64,000 nt of DNA from NCBI GenBank assembly GCA_965232515.1, contig CBDDPY010000002.1, forward strand, positions 4,000,001-4,064,000, in the 5' to 3' direction. The stretch is from Alphaproteobacteria bacterium (GTDB lineage: Bacteria; Pseudomonadota; Alphaproteobacteria; GCA-2731375). A program made the position numbers and the translations under genes. The notes below the pieces were generated by a model. That model had not been told where the DNA came from. It saw only the letters and a program-made list of their open reading frames with translations, and did not search any database. Of this stretch, positions 20,701 to 29,088 are shown one piece after another (position 1 is the stretch's first letter; each line of letters begins with the position of its first letter).

Positions 20701-20894
20701 CCTTCATCCTCGGCGTCGTGCCGCTCTTGATCGCGTCCGGCGCCGGCGCCGAAATGCGCCAGGCCCTCGGCACGGCGGTGTTCTACGGCATGCTCGGCGT
20801 CACCTTCTTCGGCCTGATCTTCACCCCGGCCTTCTACGTCCTCATCCGCGGCCTAACCACCCGCCGCAAAGCCCCCGCCCCCGAAGCCGCCTGA
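17733..20894 (+). CDS. RND efflux permease (MexF/OqxB-like)
   Basis: FFIDRPIFA, GIVVDDAIVVVENVER, KNAILIVEFA and RLRPILMTS; 1053 aa. Confidence 0.95.
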   Translation: MKFPHFFIDRPIFAAVLSIFLLIIGGIAYVSLPVAQYPEVVPPTVVVSAQYPGASAEVIADTVATPLEQEINGVENMLYMYSQSSNDGRMSLTVTFALGTDLDQAQVLVQNRVAVAEPRLPEEVRRIGVTTRKNSPDLLMVVHMISPDDTFDQLYISNYATLQVRDVLARLDGVGDIQMFGARDYSMRIWLDPDRISSFQMTASDVVEAIRQQNVQVAGGALGQPPVVDARAFQTNLQLLGRLTDPEQFADIVVRTAPDGRFLRLRDVARVELGARDYVTNSYLDGKSAVVLAISQRPGSNALATAESIQAAMAELAGDFPPGLEYRIIYNPTEFIAESIDELILTIYEAVFLVVLVVLLFLQSWRASIIPIIAIPVSLVGTFAVMAAFGFSVNNLTLFGLVLAVGIVVDDAIVVVENVERNLRDGLSPREAARKTMTEVGGALVAIALVLSAVFIPAAFIPGISGEFYRQFALTIAVATIISAFNSLTLSPALSALLLKPHDETDRRGAVARILGAPFRWFFNGFNRGFDLLAAGYARLVGVVNRGAVVMLVVYVGLISLTVWGFTRVPTGFIPQQDQGYFITAIQLPDGAALGRTDAVITEAERIILDTPGIAHTATFSGFSGATRTNASNAGAIFAVMDAFEDREAAGLSGNAILADMRQRLGAIQGAFIAVFPPPPVQGIGTAGGFRMMLQDRRGRGLEVLQQATNDMVAAANAEPGLIGVYSTFRSSTPQLYVDVDRTKAQILDVPMENLFETLEIYLGSAYVNDFNLFGRTYRVTAQADAAHRLDPEDISRLRTRSDSGAIVPLGSVVTFRDIAAPDRVPRYNIYPAAEIDGGSLPGVSSGEAIASMERLAAEILPDGIDFEWTDLAYQQIQAGNTAFFIFPLAVLFVFLVLAAQYESWSLPLAIVLIVPMCLLSAIGGVALRGMDNNILTQIGFVVLVGLASKNAILIVEFARQLEAQGRNRFDAAVEACRLRLRPILMTSFAFILGVVPLLIASGAGAEMRQALGTAVFYGMLGVTFFGLIFTPAFYVLIRGLTTRRKAPAPEAA

Positions 20895-20906
20895 CCGCCT
20901 CCACAA

Positions 20907-21038
20907 ATTCCGGGGACAGTAACCGTAATTCAGTAAACATCACTATTCCGGTGACAGTAACCGTAACTCCATCGAGCTGCCGGTTTGCCGACGCTCGGTG
21001 GGTCAAATTAGTCGAGTTATGATTACTGTCACCGGAAT
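20907..21038. repeat. REP/REPIN-like element with GG(T/G)GACAGT core
   Basis: Direct copies ATTCCGG(G/T)GACAGTAACCGTAA at 20907 and 20945; inverted copy at 21014-21038. Confidence 0.8.
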
Positions 21039-21176
21039 TATGACACCGAAGCGAGTGCGTCAAACGATACATGCCACGTCCGATTTCCGGGCGCAGGCAC
21101 GACTGGCATTGATCGAGCGCAGTTGCAGGCGCCATAGCCGTGCTAGCCTCGGTACGCTATTGCCATCGAGCCGTCC

Positions 21177-22406
21177 ATGCCCCGCGCGCCCGCCCCGGAA
21201 CCGACACTCAAGCGCTCCCTGTCGCTGCCGCTGCTGACGCTCTATGGCGTCGGCACCACAATCGGCGCCGGCATCTATGTGCTGATCGGCAAGGTCGTCG
21301 GCGAGGCCGGCGTCTACGCGCCGCTGTCGTTCCTGCTGGCGGCCGCGCTCGCCGGGCTGTCGGCCTTGTCGTTCGCCGAGATGTCGGCGCGCTTTCCGGC
21401 CAGCGCCGGCGAAGCCGTCTACGTGCAGGAAGGCCTGGGCCGGCGGCGGCTGACCGTGGTGGTCGGCCTGCTGGTCGTCGCCGCCGGCCTGGTCTCCTGC
21501 GCCACGCTGGCGCACGGCTTTGTCGGCTACATGACGGAGTTCGTCGACCTGCCGGACGCGGTCCTGCTGGTGGCGCTCGTCGGCGCGCTCGGTCTGATCG
21601 CCAGCATCGGCATCACCGAATCCGTGGCGCTGGCCGCCGTGCTGACGCTGCTGGAGGTCGGCGGCCTGGTCGCCATCATCGGCGGCGCGGCGTTCGGCGA
21701 GTCGGCCGCGGCGATCGAGATCACACCCTCAGCCGGCGCACCGCTCATCTGGACCGGCGTGCTGTCGGGCGCCGTGCTCGCTTTCTACGCCTTCATCGGC
21801 TTCGAGGACATGGTCAACGTCGCCGAGGAGGTAAAGGACGCCCGCCGCACGCTGCCGCGCGCCATCCTGGCGACACTCGTCATCACGTCCGCCTTTTACG
21901 TCGCAATCTCACTGATCGCCGTCGCCATGGTGCCGGCCGGCCTGCTGGCGGAGAGCGATGCGCCGCTGGCGCTGCTGTTCGAGCGCACGACCGGCCTCGC
22001 GGGCGCGCCGATCAGCGTCATCGCCATCCTCGCCGTGCTGAACGGCATGCTGATCCAGATCATCATGGCCGCCCGCGTGCTCTACGGCATGGGCAGCCGC
22101 GGCTGGCTGCCGGCGGTGCTGGCGCACGTCAACCCGCGCACCCGCACGCCGCTGCGGTCGACGGCGCTGGCGACGGCGATCGTGCTGGGGCTCGCGCTGG
22201 CGTTTCCCATCGTCACGCTGGCCAAGGCAACCTCGGCCGTGGCGCTCAGCATCTTCACGCTGGTCAACCTGTCGCTGCACCGGCTCAAGGCGGCCGATCC
22301 GGCACCGCACGAGGGCTTCACCGCGCCTCGCTGGCTGCCGCTCCTGGGCGCGCTCGCCAGCGCCGCCCTGCTCGCCTTCGAGCTCGGCCACGGCCTGCTC
22401 GGCTGA
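21177..22406 (+). CDS. APC family amino-acid permease
   Basis: GTTIGAGIYVL and AFYAFIGFEDMVNVAEE motifs. Confidence 0.9.
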   Translation: MPRAPAPEPTLKRSLSLPLLTLYGVGTTIGAGIYVLIGKVVGEAGVYAPLSFLLAAALAGLSALSFAEMSARFPASAGEAVYVQEGLGRRRLTVVVGLLVVAAGLVSCATLAHGFVGYMTEFVDLPDAVLLVALVGALGLIASIGITESVALAAVLTLLEVGGLVAIIGGAAFGESAAAIEITPSAGAPLIWTGVLSGAVLAFYAFIGFEDMVNVAEEVKDARRTLPRAILATLVITSAFYVAISLIAVAMVPAGLLAESDAPLALLFERTTGLAGAPISVIAILAVLNGMLIQIIMAARVLYGMGSRGWLPAVLAHVNPRTRTPLRSTALATAIVLGLALAFPIVTLAKATSAVALSIFTLVNLSLHRLKAADPAPHEGFTAPRWLPLLGALASAALLAFELGHGLLG

Positions 22407-22460
22407 CGGCGTCGTTTCCCGTTAAGATTAGCGCGTTCGCAGGATCGGGAGGCGGCGCGC

Positions 22461-23333
22461 ATGCATCAGCTCAACGAGTTCCAACTCATGTCGGTGATCG
22501 AGCTCGAGGCGCCGTTTCTCGGCCCCTTCGAGTTCTTCCCCAATGCGACTCAGGACGTCTTCGACGCGCACGCGCACTGGCTGAAGCCCCGCTATCAGGA
22601 TCCCGAAACGGACCGCCTGATGTTCTGCTTCCAGTCCTACATCGTGCGCACGCCACGCCACACGATCCTGGTCGACAGCTGCATCGGCAACGACAAGGAC
22701 CGCCCGAACCGCCCGGACTGGCACCGGCGCAACGGGACCTTCCTGGCCGACCTGGCGCGCCTCGGCGTCCGGCCGGAAGACATCGACATGGTCTTCTGCA
22801 CGCACCTGCACGCCGACCATATCGGCTGGAACACGCAACTCGTGGACGGCCGCTGGGTGCCGACCTTTCCGAACGCCAAATACCTGCTCGGCCGCACCGA
22901 ATACGATTTCTGGGAACAGCGTTACCGCGCCGACGTCAGCGGCCCGCGGCAGATCGCCTTCGCCGACAGCGTGCTGCCGGTGGTCGACGCCGGCCAGGCC
23001 GTCTTCGTGGACGGCGACCATGCGGTCGAGGACGGCGTCGTGCTCGAGGCGGCGCCCGGCCACACGCCCGGCAACATGGTCGTCAACCTGCGCTCGGGCG
23101 ACGCGTCGGCGGTGCTGCTGGGCGACACCATCCACCATCCGATCCAGCTCAAACGGCCGGACTGGTCCTGCATGGCCTGCGAGGACAAGGCGCTGTCGGC
23201 GACCACGCGCCGTGGCCTGATCGAGCGCTACGCCGACACATCAACGCTGATGGCGCCGGTGCATTTCCCGGCGCCGTCGGTCTGCCGCTTCGTCCGCGAC
23301 GGCGACGCCTTCGGCTTCGAGATGGATATCTGA
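22461..23333 (+). CDS. MBL-fold metallo-hydrolase
   Basis: THLHADHIG, PGHTPG, GD and HFP motifs. Confidence 0.9.
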   Translation: MHQLNEFQLMSVIELEAPFLGPFEFFPNATQDVFDAHAHWLKPRYQDPETDRLMFCFQSYIVRTPRHTILVDSCIGNDKDRPNRPDWHRRNGTFLADLARLGVRPEDIDMVFCTHLHADHIGWNTQLVDGRWVPTFPNAKYLLGRTEYDFWEQRYRADVSGPRQIAFADSVLPVVDAGQAVFVDGDHAVEDGVVLEAAPGHTPGNMVVNLRSGDASAVLLGDTIHHPIQLKRPDWSCMACEDKALSATTRRGLIERYADTSTLMAPVHFPAPSVCRFVRDGDAFGFEMDI

Positions 23334-23453
23334 CCCCGACTGTCCGACCGGCGGTTGCTTGAATGCCGGTTCAGATGCGGTCATCCTGAACGCATAACAA
23401 GCGTTGCCCGGAACCTTCGGACCGGGAGCGCCAAAAACGGGAGGGTGGGCATC

Positions 23454-23963
23454 ATGATCCGCATGCTGTTTGCGGCCGGCCTGAGCGTCGGCCTGATGGC
23501 GACAACGGCTGTCGCCGGGCCGGAAAACGTGCAATGGCCGGGCGACTACAAGACCAAGTTCACGAACTATTTCAACGGCGACCGCACGGCGAACGACAAG
23601 CAGGTCATCCGTGTCTTCGCCAACGGCACCGCCATGCAGGGCGCCGGCGCGGACGGCAAGCTGCCCTACGGCTCGGTCTTGGTTGGCGAGCTGTACAGCG
23701 TCAAGCTCGACGCCGACGGCGAGCCGGTCGAGAGCGTGCTCGGCCGCCGCATCGCCGAAAAGTTCTCGGCCATCGTCGTCATGGAGCGTGGCAAGGACTT
23801 CGACGCGGAGTATTCAGACGACCTCAAGGTCGGCGACTGGGAGTTCGCGGTGTTCAGCCCGGACGGCAAGCGGCTCGACAAGGACATTACCGGTTGCCGC
23901 GCGTGCCATCACCCGCTCACCGAAACCGAATACGTCTGGTCCTACGAGCACCTCGTGCGCTGA
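23454..23963 (+). CDS. Cytochrome P460/c'-beta family protein
   Basis: Signal peptide, LPYGSVLVGELY, VMERG, GDWEFAVF and CRACH. Confidence 0.85.
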   Translation: MIRMLFAAGLSVGLMATTAVAGPENVQWPGDYKTKFTNYFNGDRTANDKQVIRVFANGTAMQGAGADGKLPYGSVLVGELYSVKLDADGEPVESVLGRRIAEKFSAIVVMERGKDFDAEYSDDLKVGDWEFAVFSPDGKRLDKDITGCRACHHPLTETEYVWSYEHLVR

Positions 23964-24034
23964 GTGGCGTCGGCCAGCGACACGCAGCCGTCGCCTTCTC
24001 TGTTTCGCAAGTGCTCGTTTCAGGCCGCGACGGC

Positions 24035-24059
24035 GGCCCGCCGGCTTATCCGGCGGGCC
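24035..24059. terminator. GC hairpin between convergent genes
   Basis: GGCCCGCCGG-CTTAT-CCGGCGGGCC. Confidence 0.5.
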
Positions 24060-24104
24060 CGCGCAGGCGCGGAACGTCAGGTCCGCTTGCCGTGAGCGCA
24101 GAAA

Positions 24105-24737
24105 CTAACCGAACAGGATCGCCTCGACGTTCTCGACCAGGAAGGCGGCGCCAACGCCCGCCACCACGGCGCCTGCGAGGCGCGGCTTGACGGCGGCGGG
24201 TTCGGTCGCGTGCCAGATCCAGGCGACGACCGCGCCGGCGGCGACGGCGATGGCGTACTGGATCGCGGCGAAGCCGACCATGTAGGCGATGAGCGGCGTC
24301 GGCTCGGCGCCGAGAATGCTGCCGCCATAGGCCCAGCCGTGGAACAGGCCGGCGACCGCGAACAGCCCCACATAAACGCCCTGCGACACCGCGCGTCCCG
24401 ACAGGATCAACGCGCCCAGCACGACGATGGACGCGGCCACGATGATCTCGACCAGCGGCAGCGCGATGCCCGAGATGTGAATGATGCAGCCGGCGAGCGT
24501 CGCCAGGATGAAGGCCAGCGGCGACAGGAAGCGGTTCGCCGTGAACACCGCGGCGACGCCCATGGCGACGATGAAGGCGAAATGGTCGACGCCGATGATC
24601 GGGTGACCGAAGCCCGACAACAGTCCTGCCATGAACGTGTCCGGCACGCCGCCGCCCATGACGTGATGCGCCAACGCGGGTTCGGCAAAAAGCACGGTCG
24701 CCGCGGCAACGGCAAGCGTGGAGATCTTCTTGTGCAT
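24105..24737 (-). CDS. HupE/UreJ family Ni/Co transporter
   Basis: ALAHH, GFGHPIIGVDH and GLFHGWAYG; GGAGG RBS before ATG 24737. Confidence 0.9.
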   Translation of the reverse strand: MHKKISTLAVAAATVLFAEPALAHHVMGGGVPDTFMAGLLSGFGHPIIGVDHFAFIVAMGVAAVFTANRFLSPLAFILATLAGCIIHISGIALPLVEIIVAASIVVLGALILSGRAVSQGVYVGLFAVAGLFHGWAYGGSILGAEPTPLIAYMVGFAAIQYAIAVAAGAVVAWIWHATEPAAVKPRLAGAVVAGVGAAFLVENVEAILFG

Positions 24738-25017
24738 TCTTTGTCCTCCCGAGTGGTCACGCCCGATGGAATTTCGAAGATCTGGGTAACAGGCCGGCAA
24801 CGGCGCCGCTACCCGCACTGAATCGATTGCTAGCTTCGGGCAAGCAGGCGTCGCGATCAAGGGCGGAGGTCCCGGTGACATTGGCCAGCCGGGCGACAAC
24901 CCACGGGCCCCGTTGCACGAACGCGCTTCGCGAATGCGCTTTTCGGCCCTATCCTGTCGTCCGCCTCGCACGCGGCGATAGGGGTTGGCGCCGGCGCGAC
25001 GGCATGACGGGGGTCGA

Positions 25018-25842
25018 ATGGCAAAACTCGGCGATGAGGTCATCGCGCTCGCGACGGCCGGCCGGCTGGACGAGCTCAGACAACGGCTCGACGACGATCC
25101 GGAGATCGCCCGGCGGCGCGGGCCCGGCGCCGAGACGCTGCTGCACGTCGTCGCCCGGCAATGGCCCAAGCTCGCCGCCGGGCCCGAAATCGCCCGGGCG
25201 CTGATCGCCGCCGGGGCGAACGTCAACGCCGCCGACGCCGACGGCCTGCGCCCGATCCAGGGCGCCACCGGCGACCCGGCCCTGACCGGGGTGCTGCTCG
25301 ACGCCGGCGCCGACACCCGGGTCTATGCCGAAAACCACATGAACATGAGCCCGATCGAGGTCTGCCTCTATTACGGCCTGCCGGGCGAGGCGCGCCTGTT
25401 GGCGAATGCCGGCGCCGCCATCGACCTGCGCGTCGCCGCCGGCCTCGGTGATGCGCCCTACGTCCGCTCCTGCCTGGACGAAAACGACCGTTTCCGCGCC
25501 GACAGCATCGGCCTGCCGGGCCAGCCCGGCCCCCGCCTGTCATTGGCGGACGGCATGACCCAGGCGCTCGCCTATGCCGCCCGCAACGGCCAGGGGACGA
25601 TCGTCGAGCTGCTGCTCGATCACGGCGCCGATATCGACGCGCTTGCGCCGCATTTCGACGTCGGCTGCACCCCGCTCCATCAGGCCGTCTCGGGCGGTCA
25701 TCTGATGATCGCCGAATTGCTCGTCCGCCGCGGCGCTCGTCTCGACATCCGCGACGACGGCCACAATTCAACGCCGCGCCAGTGGGCCGAGCACCAGAGC
25801 AGGGCCGAGATCGCCGGATTCCTTGCCGCCCAGGGCGGTTAA
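25018..25842 (+). CDS. Ankyrin-repeat protein
   Basis: GAETLLH, LIAAGANVNA, LLDHGADID and GCTPLHQAV. Confidence 0.9.
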   Translation: MAKLGDEVIALATAGRLDELRQRLDDDPEIARRRGPGAETLLHVVARQWPKLAAGPEIARALIAAGANVNAADADGLRPIQGATGDPALTGVLLDAGADTRVYAENHMNMSPIEVCLYYGLPGEARLLANAGAAIDLRVAAGLGDAPYVRSCLDENDRFRADSIGLPGQPGPRLSLADGMTQALAYAARNGQGTIVELLLDHGADIDALAPHFDVGCTPLHQAVSGGHLMIAELLVRRGARLDIRDDGHNSTPRQWAEHQSRAEIAGFLAAQGG

Positions 25843-25914
25843 CGTCCCACCGCGCCACCGCGGACAGCCGCCAGGGCCGTCCGGCACGAGGAGTTTCCGG
25901 CCCAAAAAAATCCT

Positions 25915-25959
25915 TGAACATTGTTCACATCATCGCCATATGCATATGAACGCTGTTCA
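25915..25959. promoter_or_regulatory. Twin palindromic operators TGAAC-N3-GTTCA
   Basis: Copies at 25915-25927 and 25947-25959 in an AT-rich spacer upstream of the desaturase-GH3-enolase operon. Confidence 0.65.
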
Positions 25960-26023
25960 AATAAATTTTCCATAATCTCGCACCGCATCACGACATCGCC
26001 ACTCTGGTTCTGGAGACACGACC

Positions 26024-27382
26024 ATGACAGTGACCAATCGTGTGCAGGTATTGCCGCTTGCCGGCCCCCAGGGCGCGCGGCGCGGCATCGAGGATGCCGG
26101 ACATGTCCGGCTGGCGCTCGCCATACTGACCGCGCTGTTTGCCGTTCGCGTGGGGCTGCAGCTGCTGCAGAGCCTGGTCGATCTGCCCGCCGTGCCGGCC
26201 TTCGCGGCCTGGGACAGCGGCCTCTTGCCCTATCCCTGGCTGCTCGGCGCGCAGATCGCCATCCTGGCCATGCAATTGCGTTCGATCCGCGCCGTCGACG
26301 GCCGCGCGCGGCCGCGTCGGGGCACGGCGCTCGCAATCCTGGGCGGCGTCTATTTCATCGGCATGCTCGCCCGCGCCGTCATCGGCATGGCGTCGCTGTC
26401 GGATAACGTCTGGTTCCAGGCGCCGCTGGCGACCTCGTTTCATCTCGTGCTGGCGAGCTTCCTGATCGTCCTCGGCCTGCATTGGCGCCGCGCCGGCGCG
26501 GCGCCGGCGGGACCGCGTTCGAAAGCCGCCCGGTGGCTGCTCTACCCGCTGACGCTCGCCGCGGCCGTGGCGCTGTTCGCCTGGTCGACCAGGAATGGCC
26601 TGCCGGTCATGTTCGCCGCCTATCACGCGGCCATGCTCGGCATCGCCGTTGTCGTCATCGCCGAACAGCTTCTGCCCTATCGGCCAAGCTGGCGTCCGGA
26701 CCGGGCCGAGACGGCGACGGACGCGCTCTACCTGTTGACGGTGCAGATGGCGCTGCCGGCGCTGCTGTCGTTGGGCCTCGCTTCAGTTCTTCTCGGCCTC
26801 GACCTGCCGAAAACGGCGCTCTGGCCGCATGCCTGGCCGGTCACCGCGCAGGTGCTGTTGATGCTGCTCGCCGCCGATTTCGCGCGTTACTGGTTGCACC
26901 GGGCCTGCCACGCCTGGGCGCCGCTGTGGCGGCTGCACGCCGTGCACCACGCGCCGGAGCGGCTGCACGCGCTCAACGTCTGCCGCTTTCACCCGCTGGA
27001 AAAGACCCTGCAGTTCACGCTCGACGCCCTGCCGTTCGTGCTGCTCGGCGTCGCCGAACCGGTCGTCGCCGGCTATTTCGTGGTCTATGCCATCAACGGT
27101 TTCTTCCAGCATGCGAACGTGGACCTGCGGCTCGGCTGGCTGAACTGGATCGTCGCCGGCCCGGAACTGCATCGCTGGCATCATGCCCGCGAGCCCCGCC
27201 TCAGCGACCACAATTTCGGCAACAACCTGATCGTCTGGGACGCCGTCTTCGGCACCCGCTGGCTACCGCGGGGTGAGGCCGTCGACGCGCTCGGTCTCGT
27301 CAACCGCGCCTATCCGCGCGGCCTGCCCGCCCAGCTTGTCGCGCCGTTCCGCATCGACCCCAACCGCACGGAGGCGATCTGA
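26024..27382 (+). CDS. Sterol desaturase/fatty-acid hydroxylase family protein with extra N-terminal membrane domain
   Basis: His boxes HRACH, HAVHH, FQHAN and HRWHH; GGAG RBS. Confidence 0.85.
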   Translation: MTVTNRVQVLPLAGPQGARRGIEDAGHVRLALAILTALFAVRVGLQLLQSLVDLPAVPAFAAWDSGLLPYPWLLGAQIAILAMQLRSIRAVDGRARPRRGTALAILGGVYFIGMLARAVIGMASLSDNVWFQAPLATSFHLVLASFLIVLGLHWRRAGAAPAGPRSKAARWLLYPLTLAAAVALFAWSTRNGLPVMFAAYHAAMLGIAVVVIAEQLLPYRPSWRPDRAETATDALYLLTVQMALPALLSLGLASVLLGLDLPKTALWPHAWPVTAQVLLMLLAADFARYWLHRACHAWAPLWRLHAVHHAPERLHALNVCRFHPLEKTLQFTLDALPFVLLGVAEPVVAGYFVVYAINGFFQHANVDLRLGWLNWIVAGPELHRWHHAREPRLSDHNFGNNLIVWDAVFGTRWLPRGEAVDALGLVNRAYPRGLPAQLVAPFRIDPNRTEAI

Positions 27383-29088
27383 TGCGCCGACTCTGGCAGG
27401 CCATGGCCCGGCGCGCGCTGCCGCTCGCCATGGCCGACATCGACCGGCGACAGCGGGCGCCGCTGCTGACGGCGGCCGACGACCCGGAAGCGACGCAGCT
27501 CCGCCTGCTGCTCGACATTCTGCGCGCCAACGCCGAAACGGACTTCGGCCGCGATCACGGCTTCGCCGACATCACCGACTGGCAAAGCTTCCGCGCCGCC
27601 GTGCCGGTGCAGACGCATGAAAGCCTGCTGCCGGCCATCGACCGGCAGGCCGCCACCCGCGCGCCGGTCCTCACCACCGATCCGCCGCTCTGGTACGCCC
27701 GCACCAGCGGCACCACCGGCCGGCCGAAAGACATTCCCGTCACCCGGCGGACCGCGGCGCTGAACCGCGCCGCGCAGCGCCAGACCGCACTCACGCTCCA
27801 ACGTCAGACCCGGTTCTTCGACGGCGAGATCCTGGCCTTCAGCGGCCCGGCCGTCGAGGGCCGCCGCGACGACGGCGCCGCCTACGGTTCGGCCACCGGC
27901 CACGCCTATGCCAAGACGTCGGCCCTGGTCCGGTCGCTGTTCGTGCTGCCGCCCGCCGTCTACGCGATCCCGGACTACGACCTGAAATACTACGTCGCGG
28001 CCCTGCTCGGCCTCGGCGCGCGCCGCCTGACCGGCCTGGTGGCGGCGAACCCCTCGACGTTGCTGAAGCTGATCGAGACCATCGAGACGCACCGCCAGAA
28101 CCTGCTCGCCGATCTCGGCGGCGGCCGGGCGGCCTTCCTCGACCGGCTCGACCCGCCGGCGCGTGCGGCCGTCGCCCGCCGCTTGCGTGCCGCCACACCG
28201 CCGTCGGACCGCCTCCGGCGCGTGCTGGCCGACGACGGCCCGATCCGCCTCGCCGACCTCTGGCCCGACCTCGGCGCCGTGCTCACCTGGACCGGCGGCA
28301 GCTGCGGCATCGCCATCGAGGCGCTGCGCCCGCACCTGCCCACCGACTGCCGCATCGTCGAGGTCGGCTACCGTGCCAGCGAGGTCACCGCCACCGTCAG
28401 TATCGATGCCGACGAGACCGGCTGCCTTCCCATGCTGCGCCATGTCGTGTTCGAGTTCGTCGAACGGGACGCCTGGGAACGCGGCGAACCTGCCTTCCGC
28501 ACGCTCGGCCAGCTCGAAACCGGGCGCCAGTACTACGTCTTCATCACCACGGCGGCCGGCCTCTACCGCTACGACATGAACGATGTCGTCGAGGTCACGG
28601 ACTGGACCGGCCGCACGCCGATGCTGGCCTTCGTGCGCAAGGGCCGCGGCGTCACCAACATCACCGGCGAGAAGCTGACCGAGCCCGATGTCATCGCCGC
28701 CGTCGCGCAGGCGCTCGCGGACATCGGCCGGCGTTCGCCGTTCTTCGTCGCGCTCGCCGACGCGCGGATCAGGCGCTATGACCTGCTGCTCGAGGCGGAC
28801 GCGACACTCGGCGCGGACCAGACCCAGCGGCTCGCCAAGGCGATCGATTCCGGGCTGCGCCGACGCAACCTCGAATACGACGCCAAGCGCGCCAGCGGCC
28901 GGCTCGAACCGCTGCGGGTGGTGCCACTCGGTTCCGGCGCCGGCGAACACTGCAAGCGCGCGGCGCTGCAACTCGGCCAACGGGAAGCGCAGTACAAACC
29001 GGTCTGCCTGGCCGACCGCGCGGACTGGCCCGTCGATCTCACTACTTATGTCGTGTCGGAGCAGCGGCAATGCGCGACGGCATCCTGA
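27382..29088 (+). CDS. GH3 family acyl-adenylating enzyme
   Basis: TSGTTGRPKDIP, YRASE, GLYRYDMND and ITGEKL; TGATG coupling. Confidence 0.9.
   Translation: MRRLWQAMARRALPLAMADIDRRQRAPLLTAADDPEATQLRLLLDILRANAETDFGRDHGFADITDWQSFRAAVPVQTHESLLPAIDRQAATRAPVLTTDPPLWYARTSGTTGRPKDIPVTRRTAALNRAAQRQTALTLQRQTRFFDGEILAFSGPAVEGRRDDGAAYGSATGHAYAKTSALVRSLFVLPPAVYAIPDYDLKYYVAALLGLGARRLTGLVAANPSTLLKLIETIETHRQNLLADLGGGRAAFLDRLDPPARAAVARRLRAATPPSDRLRRVLADDGPIRLADLWPDLGAVLTWTGGSCGIAIEALRPHLPTDCRIVEVGYRASEVTATVSIDADETGCLPMLRHVVFEFVERDAWERGEPAFRTLGQLETGRQYYVFITTAAGLYRYDMNDVVEVTDWTGRTPMLAFVRKGRGVTNITGEKLTEPDVIAAVAQALADIGRRSPFFVALADARIRRYDLLLEADATLGADQTQRLAKAIDSGLRRRNLEYDAKRASGRLEPLRVVPLGSGAGEHCKRAALQLGQREAQYKPVCLADRADWPVDLTTYVVSEQRQCATAS

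Noticed and set aside
16514-20894. RND pump lacking an outer-membrane channel gene
   Set aside because: Use of a TolC encoded elsewhere is ordinary.
20907-21038. Possible CRISPR mini-array
   Set aside because: Only two direct copies with a 16-bp gap plus an inverted copy; no cas genes.
24740-24960. Cobalamin or NiCo riboswitch upstream of hupE/ureJ
   Set aside because: The leader is long, but I could not find the conserved B12-box motifs; an Rfam scan would settle it.
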